A stretch of 64,000 nucleotides of DNA from Chloroflexota bacterium (GCA_964291655.2 OZ219802.1:1056001-1120000); one strand, 5' to 3'; numbered from the stretch's first letter, positions 29,351 through 39,330 are shown. Notes: a model not told the origin generated them from the sequence alone. A program made the numbers and translations.

Positions 29351-30556
29351 ATGTTTCGTCAAACCCAGCCCTCTGCAGCAAAGCCCGCGCCATCACTGCG
29401 GGCGCTTGTTATTCTTCTCTGTTTCGCACTCACCTTGCTCCTTCCCGGCCTCCCGGCGCTCCATGCAGCCGGACTTGCACAGGTGCAGGACGACTCTGAA
29501 GTCACGCGCGACAGCATCATTACAACGATTGCCGGAAACGGCGTGGCGGGCGGCAGCGGCGACAACGGCCCGGCCACGCGAGCCACACTCAACACGCCGG
29601 CAAGCCTAGCCATAGACGCCGAGGGAAACGTGTTTGTTGCGGATGCGTTCATTCACCGGGTTAGGAAGATCTCGCCGAGCGGCGACATAACAACTCTCGT
29701 TGGCACCGGTGAGGCCGGCGCTGATGGGGACGGCGGGCCTGCCGCCGATGCCCGGCTGCGCTTGCCCTTGGGCGTGGCGGTGGATAGCGCAGGCACGCTC
29801 TACATTGCAGATACGTACAATCATCGCATCCGCAAGGTGACCGCCGAGGGCATCATCAGCACGATTGCGGGCACAGGCATATCCGGCTTCTCAGGAGACG
29901 GCGGCCTTGGCACCGCAGCCTTGCTCGCCTCTCCCACCGGCATTGCCGTGGCAAGCGACGGCACCCTCTACATTGCCGACACGCGTAATCACCGGGTGCG
30001 CAAACTGACGGTAGACGGCACCATCACCACGGTGGCTGGGACCGGCGCTGCCGGCTATAACGGCGACGGTGGGCCGGCGACGCTTGCCCGCCTGAATAAC
30101 CCCCGCGGCGTGGCCGTTTCCGCAGACGGGAAGCTCTATGTCGTGGATAGGGAAAACCGGCGTATTCGCATGGTGGATGCCGACGGCCTCATCTCAACCA
30201 TCGCAGGCACAGGCAGTTCCGGCTTTAACGGCGATCGCGGACAGGCAACCCAAGCCACGCTGCGCGCCCCATACGGCATAGCCGTCGATCCACAAGGCAA
30301 CCTCTTTATTGCCGATACCTTCAACCATCGCGTACGCAAGGTCACTCCCGACGGCAGCATAAGCACGGTAGCCGGCAGCGACCAGTTCGGCTTCAGTGGA
30401 GACGGGTGGGCGGCCGGATTCGCCACGCTCCATTTCCCGCTTGGTCTTGCGGTGGACATTGCCGGAAACCTCTACGTTGCCGATTCCTTCAGCCACCGCA
30501 TCCGCAAAGTCTGGACCAGCGCAGACACCGCTCCCACGCCAAATCTCTTCCTGTGA
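29351..30556 (+). CDS. Secreted NHL-repeat beta-propeller protein
   Basis: Signal-like hydrophobic N-terminus and six ~56-aa GDGGPA..A.L..P.GVAVD..G.LYIADT.NHRIRKV repeats. Confidence 0.92.
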   Translation: MFRQTQPSAAKPAPSLRALVILLCFALTLLLPGLPALHAAGLAQVQDDSEVTRDSIITTIAGNGVAGGSGDNGPATRATLNTPASLAIDAEGNVFVADAFIHRVRKISPSGDITTLVGTGEAGADGDGGPAADARLRLPLGVAVDSAGTLYIADTYNHRIRKVTAEGIISTIAGTGISGFSGDGGLGTAALLASPTGIAVASDGTLYIADTRNHRVRKLTVDGTITTVAGTGAAGYNGDGGPATLARLNNPRGVAVSADGKLYVVDRENRRIRMVDADGLISTIAGTGSSGFNGDRGQATQATLRAPYGIAVDPQGNLFIADTFNHRVRKVTPDGSISTVAGSDQFGFSGDGWAAGFATLHFPLGLAVDIAGNLYVADSFSHRIRKVWTSADTAPTPNLFL

Positions 30557-30678
30557 GCGGCGGCCCACTGATGGGCTTCTTCGCAAGCGGACAATTCCTC
30601 CGGTGTTGCGACACTTACCAATTCACGTCCTGAGTCGACCTAGACTGCGATCGGCTATGTCACGACTTCACAGTGCCT

Positions 30679-30687
30679 TGGTATAAT
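30679..30687 (+). promoter_or_regulatory. Extended -10 promoter element
   Basis: TGGTATAAT about 30 nt upstream of the GGAGG RBS and start at 30720. Confidence 0.5.
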
Positions 30688-30719
30688 GCGAAAGCAAGGA
30701 CACAATCTTGGAGGCAACT

Positions 30720-31100
30720 ATGGCGGTCAATGGCAGAAGCAAGTCCACAGAGAGGTACTTAAGAACAAGCCGCCAATTCATCGTGCAAGCGCAAGAGGAA
30801 TTCGATAGAGGCGACATGCTGCAGGCATCGGAAAAGGCTTGGGGTGCGGCAGCGCAGGCCGTGAAAGCCACTGCAGAGTTCAGAGGTTGGGAGCACAGTA
30901 CCCATGCACGGCTCTTTGAAAACGTCAGGAAGGTCTCGCAGGAAACTGAGGACGCGGAATTATACGACCTCTTTCACGTAGCAAATTCTCTTCATCAGAA
31001 TTTCTATGAAGGTTGGCAAACGGAAGATTTCGTGCAGCGCGGCATCCTGCGTGTGAAGATTCTGGTTGAAAGGCTTACTGACCTCGTTACTGAAGAATAG
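30720..31100 (+). CDS. PaREP1 family (HEPN-like) protein
   Basis: GDMLQASEKAWGAAAQAVKA and LHQNFYE. Confidence 0.88.
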   Translation: MAVNGRSKSTERYLRTSRQFIVQAQEEFDRGDMLQASEKAWGAAAQAVKATAEFRGWEHSTHARLFENVRKVSQETEDAELYDLFHVANSLHQNFYEGWQTEDFVQRGILRVKILVERLTDLVTEE

Positions 31101-31357
31101 ACTCTTCCAATCCTGTCTGGCGCAGCCTGATCCGAAGACCTTTTGGGTCCGCTAAGTTTCGCCCCCAGTAAGCCCAAGCGTTCAAGAATACTCCTCGGGC
31201 AGGCAGGCAATTAAGAGCCGACCATACCGACCAAATGAGTGCAAGTTGACTCCCATTTCAATGTTCCATGTACTCTTGATTGCCCAGATGTTCTCGTCCC
31301 AGACTTGGGTAAATCACGTTCAAAACACTCGTTAGTCGCGAATGCTTCAGTTTAACC

Positions 31358-31984
31358 CTAATGCACGCGCCGAAAGGCATAGGCATAGGCGCGGCGCGTA
31401 AACTCCACACCTCGTCTCGTCCGCTCCAGATACTCCCGCGTAATTGTGCAATCACGTTTCGGCACGAAGTAGGCAGCAAGGTCTGACTCCACCAGGCGAA
31501 ATTGCTCGCCACGGCGCATGATCGCGCCTACCAGCTCGTAGTCCGGATCAAGCCTCGCCATGCTTGCGTCGCCATGGCTGTTGTTCACCAAGAGCATGCC
31601 TCCGACCCTCAAGTATGGCTTGCAATGCTGCGAGACGAATCCCGCGTACTGCGAAATGAGAAGATCAAAGCTCTCTTCAGTCTTCGCCAGTGCCTGCTCG
31701 TAGTCAGCCTTGTGAAAGCGGATGGATGGCTCTGCCGCATACACCTTACGCTCGTTCACATAGTCGCGCACCGCCGGATCGGCAAAGAATCTCGCCGCAC
31801 GCCTGTCTGTATCCACAAAGCACACAGAAGGATAGACAAACGCCGGTGTCACGTGGGTGAAGCTGCCGGGATAGAGCGCGCTGCGGCTGGAATAGCGATC
31901 AGCCATAAGCGTAAACAGTCCCAGCCGTTCATAGCCCGTATCCACGTAGTACTTCCTGTAGAGAGCCAACGCGTCTTGCATCAT
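31358..31984 (-). CDS. Hypothetical protein, class I SAM-dependent methyltransferase-like fold
   Basis: ALYPGS, FVDTD, ESFDLLISQYAG and YLRVGGMLL resemble methyltransferase motifs I-III. Confidence 0.65.
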   Translation of the reverse strand: MMQDALALYRKYYVDTGYERLGLFTLMADRYSSRSALYPGSFTHVTPAFVYPSVCFVDTDRRAARFFADPAVRDYVNERKVYAAEPSIRFHKADYEQALAKTEESFDLLISQYAGFVSQHCKPYLRVGGMLLVNNSHGDASMARLDPDYELVGAIMRRGEQFRLVESDLAAYFVPKRDCTITREYLERTRRGVEFTRRAYAYAFRRVH

Positions 31985-32083
31985 GGCGAATCTGAGCAGT
32001 GGAACTGGCTTTGCGCCAAACCAAGAGCTTCATCCACCCTACTGCCGCCCTCTGCTGTGCGTCTGATTTCTCTCAAGGCGGCC

Positions 32084-32446
32084 CTACTCTTGCGGATTGA
32101 CGGTCAGAGGTATAGGAATGCGCACCACGGTTACGACTTGCTTCTCCGTATCAATGAAATAGACGGTCTCCACCCCTACCTGTGTACAGACGATCTTAAT
32201 CTGTGAAATGGTCTCGCGGAACGAGAGGTACTCCTGGTAGCCTTGGCAGGTCTGCGCCGGTTCATCGAGCTCATAGAAGAGCACCCCTTCGGGCCAGGGC
32301 TGCGGCGAAGGAACAGACGCAGGTGATGCGGCTGCCGCAGTCGGCGTAGGCAAGGGTGTCGGCGCTGGCGGCGGCGTTCCCCGGCATCCAACTACTACCA
32401 GAACAAGACTGAGCAGCAGGACTCCCGCGCGGCAAGACGTGACCAT
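32084..32446 (-). CDS. Small lipoprotein, Pro/Thr linker plus two-Cys domain (paralog 3)
   Basis: VVGC lipobox, PTP linker, GVLFYEL..TCQGYQE..SQIKIVCT..VETVYFID. Confidence 0.8.
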   Translation of the reverse strand: MVTSCRAGVLLLSLVLVVVGCRGTPPPAPTPLPTPTAAAASPASVPSPQPWPEGVLFYELDEPAQTCQGYQEYLSFRETISQIKIVCTQVGVETVYFIDTEKQVVTVVRIPIPLTVNPQE

Positions 32447-32450
32447 TGAC

Positions 32451-32840
32451 TCACGGCATCCCCGGAACCGGCGGCAGCTTGCGGGCAACGGTGATGGTCT
32501 GATTGGCCAGATCCAAGATATACACCGTGCCTTTCTCATCGTTCGTGCAGACGAAGCGCACTTGCCGCACAATTTCCATAGATCGATCGGAAATCGATTC
32601 TGGGGACACCTCTACCGGCGCCAGAAGTTCCACGAACCCGGGGCACACCTGCTCGCTCACCGATAGGTCGTGAAAGACAATTCCCTGCTTGCGTAGGCCA
32701 AGTGCTAACGCGGGCGATGGCGTGGGCTGCGGTACTGCGGTGGGAGTAGGCAGGGGCGTTGCTTGTGCCTCCGATTGTTCGCCGCAGCCGCTCAGCACCA
32801 CGAAAAGTACCAATAGAAAGTGAATGCATGGCTGCTTCAC
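32451..32840 (-). CDS. Small lipoprotein, Pro/Thr linker plus two-Cys domain (paralog 2)
   Basis: LSGC lipobox, GIVFHDL..VCPGFVE..RQVRFVCT..GTVYILD. Confidence 0.8.
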   Translation of the reverse strand: MKQPCIHFLLVLFVVLSGCGEQSEAQATPLPTPTAVPQPTPSPALALGLRKQGIVFHDLSVSEQVCPGFVELLAPVEVSPESISDRSMEIVRQVRFVCTNDEKGTVYILDLANQTITVARKLPPVPGMP

Positions 32841-32895
32841 GATACGCCCCGTATTGCGATTGCACGACCGCGCCCGAACCGGACATTGCGTGCTC

Positions 32896-33345
32896 TTACG
32901 GTATTTCCGGCTCGAGCAAGGGAACTCGTATGCCCGTCACCACAAGGTTGTCCAAGTCCACAAAATACACCGTCTCCACACCGGGACCGGTGCACGTAAT
33001 CTTGACCTGGGAGACGGTCTGGCGGAATCCGGTAAACTCCTGATACCCCGGGCAGGTCTTCTCGATTTCCGTGAGGTCATAGAAGAGAATGCTCTGCGCT
33101 CGCGTTGGAGGCACCGGAGTGGCCTCCTCCGGCACTGCCTCTTCTGCAGACTTCGAGGCGGCGGCTGGTGCAGGTGTCGGGGTTGTGGTCGATTCAGCAT
33201 CTGCCACTGCCTCAGCAGTCGGCGACGGCACAACCGTCGCCGCGACCGTCGGCGTTGGCGTTACCTCGTCATCTGTAGTCCCGCCGCAACTGACTAACAC
33301 AGCCAATAGCACACAGACGACAACTGAAAGTCCCAACACTCTCAC
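32896..33345 (-). CDS. Small lipoprotein, Pro/Thr linker plus two-Cys domain (paralog 1)
   Basis: GAGGAG RBS and GTG start, LVSC lipobox, SILFYDL..TCPGYQE..SQVKITCT..VETVYFVD. Confidence 0.8.
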   Translation of the reverse strand: MRVLGLSVVVCVLLAVLVSCGGTTDDEVTPTPTVAATVVPSPTAEAVADAESTTTPTPAPAAASKSAEEAVPEEATPVPPTRAQSILFYDLTEIEKTCPGYQEFTGFRQTVSQVKITCTGPGVETVYFVDLDNLVVTGIRVPLLEPEIP

Positions 33346-33636
33346 GTGCCCGCACTCCTCCCTGGCGCCAACCCAGGCAAATCTAGCTCGCGACACATTC
33401 ATTGTGCCTGTCCATACTGTAGCGAAATTTGCCAGGTGTTGCCACGCCGCAACTGACTACGAATTCCTATGGTCGCTAACGCATCGCTTCGTAGCTATAA
33501 GGTAGCATACGGCATTCGGCTCGTGCTCTCGCGCTTGTGTCATTGCGACTCACTCGGGGGAAGTGCTCCCAGGTCGCGAAGGGTTGTCCCACACTCCAGA
33601 TGGAGTGCCACGGTGCCAATGGAATCTTGGCCTCGG

Positions 33637-35388
33637 CTAGCTTGATCCTGCCAATCCAGATTCCCTGTGACCACGGCGCAGCACTTGGGTGGACTCTTCA
33701 TCCACAACCCACGCATCCGGTTGAATCCGCACGCCGTACTCTTGCATGGCCGTGGCGCGGTCGTAGTACCCGCGCCGCACGTCCTGGAGCACCAGGGCCG
33801 CCGGTCGCTCGAAAGGATCCCCGTAGCCGCCCCCACCCGGTGTTCTCAAGCTCAGCACGTCGCCCGGCTCCATGTGCACACCTTCATCTTTGCTGATATG
33901 TTCCGGGCGGAATTCCTCTCCCCGGAGAGTAAATACGTGCTCGGCAGACTGCGCAGACTGGCCGCCCAGAATGCCAAAGGGCGCAAAACGTCCCCGCTCT
34001 CCCAGCAGCGACGCGCTGGCGTCTCCATGACGTATCTGGAACTCAAAGATCACGCCGTACCCGCCCCGCCGCTTGCCTGCGCCTCCCGAACCTTCGCGAA
34101 TGGCGTAGCGCGTGAAGAGTACCGGATAGCGAAATTCGAAGATCTCCAGCGCCTGAGTGCGCGCCACGGCGATCGTGGGATTGCCGTTGATCAAGCCGTC
34201 AGTAAGAAAGTTGCCTCCGTAGCCGCCACCAATGAATGAGTAGAAGACGTAGTAGCCCCGGCCCGGATTCTCACCACCAACCGAGAGATTCGTCACCGTA
34301 CCCATGGGCGCGGCGTAGGCCTTGTCCGGAATCGCCTGCCCCAGCGCGCCGAGCATGACGTCTATCACGCGCTGACAAACTTCGGCAGCACAGCCGGCCA
34401 CCGGGCGCGGCGGCTGCGCGTGGAGAAACGTCGTGGTCGGAATGTCGACCGTGATAGGCGCAAAGCAGCCAGCATTGATGGGCACATCGGGAAAGATATG
34501 CTTAAAGGTGATAAACACTCCGGCGAGCGTCGTGCTGAAGACGCTATTGAGCGGCCCCCGACAAGGAGGACTGCTCTCCGAAAAGTCGACGTGGACGTCG
34601 CTGCCGTTCACCGTCAGTTTCAAGCGGAGCGCCAGCGGCTCCCAGTCCACGCCGTCGCTATCGATGTAATCGGTAAACTCATACGTGCCGTCGGGAATAG
34701 TTTCAATGTGGCTCCGCATCAGTTGTTCCGAGCGCGCCTTCATTTCGTCCACGGCCTCAAAGACAGTCGCTTCACCGTAGCGGTCGAGAAGCTTTGTCAA
34801 GCGGTCAGCGCCAAGATTAAGCGCGGTGATCTTCGCGATGACATCGCCTTGACGTTCGGCCGAAACCCGCACGTTGTAGAGAATGATGTCGAGAACATCT
34901 TGATTCAGCTTGCCCTTGTCCATGATCCGCACCGGCGGCAGTCGCAAGCCCTCTTGGTAGATCTCCGTCGCCCTGGTCGAAAATCCGCCCGGCACACGCC
35001 CGCCGATATCCGGCCAATGACCGCTGTTTGCCAAGAAGGCCGTGAGCTTGCCTTTATAGAAGAACGGCCTCACCATCTTGACGTCCATCAGGTGGGTGCC
35101 GCCCATGTAGGGATCGTTGACGATGTAGACATCGCCGTCCGCGATATTCGTCACTCGCTCGATTACGGAGCGGACCGTGAATTCCATCACGCAGATGAAG
35201 TTGGGCAGGCCCCGCGGCCCCTGCATGATCACCTCACCGTCCCGCACGTGGTAGATGCCGCTGGCGCGGTCGAATCCATCCGAGATGACGGGAGAGAATG
35301 CCATTCGCTCTAGGGTAGCATCCATCTCGTCGGCGATTTGCTCCAAGCCGCCACGGATCACCGCCAGTGTAATTGGGTCAATGGGCAT
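33637..35388 (-). CDS. Hydantoinase B/oxoprolinase family protein
   Basis: DPITLAVI, NDPYMGGTHLMD, HWPDIGG, EGLRLPP and TPGGGGYGDP. Confidence 0.95.
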   Translation of the reverse strand: MPIDPITLAVIRGGLEQIADEMDATLERMAFSPVISDGFDRASGIYHVRDGEVIMQGPRGLPNFICVMEFTVRSVIERVTNIADGDVYIVNDPYMGGTHLMDVKMVRPFFYKGKLTAFLANSGHWPDIGGRVPGGFSTRATEIYQEGLRLPPVRIMDKGKLNQDVLDIILYNVRVSAERQGDVIAKITALNLGADRLTKLLDRYGEATVFEAVDEMKARSEQLMRSHIETIPDGTYEFTDYIDSDGVDWEPLALRLKLTVNGSDVHVDFSESSPPCRGPLNSVFSTTLAGVFITFKHIFPDVPINAGCFAPITVDIPTTTFLHAQPPRPVAGCAAEVCQRVIDVMLGALGQAIPDKAYAAPMGTVTNLSVGGENPGRGYYVFYSFIGGGYGGNFLTDGLINGNPTIAVARTQALEIFEFRYPVLFTRYAIREGSGGAGKRRGGYGVIFEFQIRHGDASASLLGERGRFAPFGILGGQSAQSAEHVFTLRGEEFRPEHISKDEGVHMEPGDVLSLRTPGGGGYGDPFERPAALVLQDVRRGYYDRATAMQEYGVRIQPDAWVVDEESTQVLRRGHRESGLAGSS

Positions 35389-35389
35389 C

Positions 35390-37456
35390 CTAGGTCACCT
35401 CTATAAGCAGGCTGCCGCCCTCTGCCACAGTGGCGTGGCACCAAGGTTCCAGCCAAACCGTCGTGTCCGATTGCTCGATGAGCGCCGGGCCGGATAACAC
35501 AGTGCCCCAAGGCAGCTCAGTACGATTGTAAACCGGGCATGACACGAAGCTATCGTCTACGTATACGGAACGTTCCTCCTTGAGGGCATCCACCAACGTA
35601 GTTTCAGGGGCTTTTACAAAGTCTCTCAATTGCACGTCGGTGCGTACGCCAATCACTGCCGTCCTAAGGTTGAGCAGGCGAATGGGGATCTGTGCCAGCA
35701 ATTCCTCCAAGCCGCTAAGGCCTTCTTCTACGCGGCCATAGTGTTGCAGGTAGGCGCTGCGAAAACTCGCGGCGATGGCATCACGGCTGAGTTCTCCCGC
35801 CGGCAACGTAGTACGGATAACGTGGGTCTGCCCTTCATAGGATATGTCGGCTTCGCGGACGACGTGCACGCGAGTGAGAGGCACGTTCTCGCCTGCAAGC
35901 ATCTCCTCACCTGCCGCGAGATGGTCGGCAAGGGTGCGCTCTACCGCGGCTAGATCAAGCTCGCTAAGCAGACAGTTCTGCATAGTTACGAAGTCATGCT
36001 GGCGGTCGGCAATCACGCATCCCCACGCGGACGCAATTCCAGGATAGTACGGTACAATGCCTTGCCCGATGCTCAACTCACGCAGGAGATATCCCACATG
36101 CAAAGGGCCGCTGCCGCCAAATGAGAAGAGCGCAAAGTCACGCGGATCGTGGCCCTTGTCGATAGAAACACGGCGGAGGCTGCCGGCAATCCGGTTATTT
36201 GCAACTGTTACAATCGCGTGCGCCGCCTGCTCGGTGGAGAGACCCAGCGGCTTGCCGATACTCTCCGTAATTACAGTTCGAGCACTCGCTACGTCGAATG
36301 ATGCGCCAGCAACGCCTGCGATTGGGTAGTTGGGGTTGATTCTGCCTAGGATCAAGTTGGCGTCCGTGAGAGTCGGCGCCGTACCGTTCCTGCCGTAACA
36401 GACCGGCCCAGGTTCCGCGCCTGCGCTCTGCGGCCCCACCTGCAGCAAGCCCCCCTGATCGATCCGCGCAATGCTCCCCCCACCTGCGCCAATCGTATGG
36501 ATATCGATCATCGAGACCATGAGGGGAATGCCGAATTCCAGATCCATGCCGCCCGATGGGAGGGGCTTGCCCTCCTGCACGAGGGAGACGTCGAGGCTCG
36601 TGCCCCCCATGTCATAGGTGATGAGATTGGAGAAGCCACTCTCGGCGGCAACTCTCGTAGCGGCGATCACGCCTGCCGCGGGACCGGAGAGCACAGTGTT
36701 AAGGGGCAGGTCGCGCACGGAGGCGGCGGACATCATGCCGCCATTCGACTGCATGATGAAGAGATCGCTCGCGTATCCGCGCTCGCTGAGCCGTTCTTCC
36801 AACTGTTCCAAGTACCGGCCCACGTTCGGCTGGACGTAGGCGTTCACGACTGCCGTGCTCGTGCGCTCGAACTCGCGGAACACCGGCAGTGTCTCGCTTG
36901 ACGCAACGACGTAGAGATGCGGCCACTCTGCCTGCAGGATCTCCTTGGCGCGAAGTTCGTGCTCCGGGTTTGCGTACGCGTTCATGAAGCTGACGACGAT
37001 GGCTTCCACCCATTGCGCCAATAGCAGTCTCCCCGCCTCCAGCACATCCTCTTCGCACAAAGGGGTAAGCACAGTGCCTTCGGCGGCGATGCGCTCGGTC
37101 ACCTCGAGGCGGCGGTCACGCGGGATGAGGGGTTCGAATGACCCGGTGAGGCCGTACATGTGGGGGCGGTCGCGGCGGCGCAGTTCCAGAATGTCGCGGA
37201 AGCCGCGCGTCGCAATCAGGCCGCAGCGTCCGCCGTCGCGTTCCAAGACGGCATTGGTAGCTACGGTCGTGCCATGGGTGACGAGATCGATATTGGCGTA
37301 AGACACATGCAAACCGTCCAAGGCAGAAATGAAGCCGCTGGACTGATCGTCGGGAGTGGTGGCGACTTTGTCTATTTGCAGTTCGCGGCGCGCCTCATCG
37401 AGCACGACCACGTCAGTAAACGTGCCGCCAATGTCTACACCAACGAGCGTGCCCAT
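35390..37456 (-). CDS. Hydantoinase A/oxoprolinase family protein
   Basis: GVDIGGTFTD, HGTTVATNA, SGPAAG, DMGGTS, IGAGGGSIA and GPVCYG. Confidence 0.95.
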   Translation of the reverse strand: MGTLVGVDIGGTFTDVVVLDEARRELQIDKVATTPDDQSSGFISALDGLHVSYANIDLVTHGTTVATNAVLERDGGRCGLIATRGFRDILELRRRDRPHMYGLTGSFEPLIPRDRRLEVTERIAAEGTVLTPLCEEDVLEAGRLLLAQWVEAIVVSFMNAYANPEHELRAKEILQAEWPHLYVVASSETLPVFREFERTSTAVVNAYVQPNVGRYLEQLEERLSERGYASDLFIMQSNGGMMSAASVRDLPLNTVLSGPAAGVIAATRVAAESGFSNLITYDMGGTSLDVSLVQEGKPLPSGGMDLEFGIPLMVSMIDIHTIGAGGGSIARIDQGGLLQVGPQSAGAEPGPVCYGRNGTAPTLTDANLILGRINPNYPIAGVAGASFDVASARTVITESIGKPLGLSTEQAAHAIVTVANNRIAGSLRRVSIDKGHDPRDFALFSFGGSGPLHVGYLLRELSIGQGIVPYYPGIASAWGCVIADRQHDFVTMQNCLLSELDLAAVERTLADHLAAGEEMLAGENVPLTRVHVVREADISYEGQTHVIRTTLPAGELSRDAIAASFRSAYLQHYGRVEEGLSGLEELLAQIPIRLLNLRTAVIGVRTDVQLRDFVKAPETTLVDALKEERSVYVDDSFVSCPVYNRTELPWGTVLSGPALIEQSDTTVWLEPWCHATVAEGGSLLIEVT

Positions 37457-37509
37457 GCGCTGTGACCCTTAAGACAAAGATGACTGCAAAGTTTTGTAGA
37501 GTAAAGTGT

Positions 37510-37845
37510 TTAGGAGATGAGGCCTAAGCGCTTACCAACTTGGTGGAAGTTTATGCTCCAACCCCAGCCAAAAATGTGCGGCGTAAGAATGCGCGTGTCC
37601 TCCGGATTCCACAATCGTCCCTTAAGCCGCTCGATCGTCGGCGGGCTGAAACTATAGGGAATGCCCAGTAGTTCTCCCTCAGTTTCGCGGCGCATGAAGG
37701 CTACAAGGCCGACAATTGCCGTGGCCACTGCGGCGAGCACGCCGGCGCGTTCACTACGGTTGATCCTGCCAAAGGGTGCGATTGACACGATGCCAAGCAA
37801 GAGAGCAAAGACTATGAGGAGTATACGTTTGGTATTGTCGGACAT
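37510..37845 (-). CDS. Small membrane protein with DUF5808-like C-terminus
   Basis: Two hydrophobic helices followed by WNPEDTRILTPHIFGWGWSINF. Confidence 0.7.
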   Translation of the reverse strand: MSDNTKRILLIVFALLLGIVSIAPFGRINRSERAGVLAAVATAIVGLVAFMRRETEGELLGIPYSFSPPTIERLKGRLWNPEDTRILTPHIFGWGWSINFHQVGKRLGLIS

Positions 37846-37847
37846 GC

Positions 37848-38696
37848 CTAGTCTCCCTGCAGCCAGGTGCCGGCGAAGACCGTCTGCGCCGATCCCCGCA
37901 TGAGCACGCGACCCTCGCCGTCCCACGAAATGGTCAAATCGCCACCGGGTAGACCCACGGTGACGGTCTCGTCCGTCAGGCCATGCAAGCGGGCGGCCAC
38001 AGCCGTGGCGCATGCGCCGGTGCCGCAGGCCAGCGTGGGTCCCGCCCCGCGTTCCCAGACTTTGACTTCGATCCGATCGCGCCCAACCACGTGGGCAATC
38101 TCGAAGTTCGTGCGCTTTGGAAACGCCGGATGGTGCTCTACTTCCGGGCCGATTGTTGTTAGCGGGAAGGACTCGATGTCATCGAGAAACGTAATGGCGT
38201 GAGGGTTGCCCATTGAAACTGCCGTTATGGTTAGATCGGTGCCATTCACACTGAGCGGCATGTCCTTTACCGGCGTGGTGCTCGCCTGAACCGGTATCTC
38301 CGCCGGGTCGAGAAAGGGCGGTCCCATGTCCACCGAAACGGAGAAATTGTCGTTATCTCCCGGGTGCACGTTGACCTTGAGCATTCCGGCAAGCGTATCG
38401 ACCTCCAGCCAACCCTCGCCAATCTCTCCCGTATCGTAGAGATACTTGGCAAAGCAGCGGATACCGTTGCCGCACATCTCAGCTTCGCTGCCGTCGGGAT
38501 TGAACATGCGAAATTGGTAGCCTTGGCTATCATCCCTATCGATGAGCAGCAAACCGTCGCTGCCCACGCCGAAATTACGGTCGCAGAGCTTTGACGCCAG
38601 GTCTGCCCACGCCCTTGCACCGTTGGCGCGGGTGTCTACCACGACAAAATCATTGCCCGTTCCGTGCATCTTTGTGAACTCTATGTCCTGTGCCAT
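37848..38696 (-). CDS. dapF: Diaminopimelate epimerase
   Basis: FTKMHGTGNDF, NPDGSEAEMCGNG, SMGNPH and ERGAGPTLACGTG. Confidence 0.97.
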   Translation of the reverse strand: MAQDIEFTKMHGTGNDFVVVDTRANGARAWADLASKLCDRNFGVGSDGLLLIDRDDSQGYQFRMFNPDGSEAEMCGNGIRCFAKYLYDTGEIGEGWLEVDTLAGMLKVNVHPGDNDNFSVSVDMGPPFLDPAEIPVQASTTPVKDMPLSVNGTDLTITAVSMGNPHAITFLDDIESFPLTTIGPEVEHHPAFPKRTNFEIAHVVGRDRIEVKVWERGAGPTLACGTGACATAVAARLHGLTDETVTVGLPGGDLTISWDGEGRVLMRGSAQTVFAGTWLQGD

Positions 38697-39001
38697 CACG
38701 TGCTCCCTACTCTCAGTTGCCAACCTGAAATAGACGCTAACGTCCTAGCGCGGGGGCTTGCCCCTCCCATCGGCGGGGGCCGACACAACTGTCTCCGCAA
38801 TCACGTCCATCCCAGCGCATCGACTCTGACTACCGCCCATTGCCAGCCTGCACAGATCGCCGCGGGCGTTACCAGAGCAAGCCTATTGCTAACCCCACAC
38901 CTGAGCTAACGTCTCTTCGCCCCCAAGACAGGAGGCTTTCCCAACAATCCTCGTCTTACACACTGCGCTGCGATCAGAAGTACATCACAGCAGCGTGTTG
39001 C

Positions 39002-39330
39002 CTAGCGCGGTATGAGTTCCAGCGCCGCCAAAACGCCAATAACCACAATTGCCACGGCATAGAGGTGCAACCGCATGCGCAGTTCCATCTCGCGCATGTC
39101 TGACTTGATCGCTGCTCCCAATGCCTTGATATCGCCTCTGACCCCTTCTATGTCGGCTTTAGTCGCTGCTGCAAGTGCCCTGATGTCGCCTCTGACCTCA
39201 TCTAAGTCTGACTTGGTCACGAGGGTACCCGCGAATCGCCGAGGGTCTCCAGGATGGCTTCCGCCATTTCTCTGCTGTATCCCGCGCCCCTGAGTCGCTC
39301 GAACGCCTTATGCGTATCCTTAACCGCCAC
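39002..39330 (-). pseudogene. DUF1640/CCDC90-like coiled-coil membrane-anchored protein, split by a 1-nt deletion near 39232
   Basis: GTG at 39330 gives MAVKDTHKAFERLRGAGYSREMAEAILETLGD. The next frame continues LVTKSDL..coiled coil..C-terminal TM helix. Length is 329 nt (3n-1). Confidence 0.75.
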
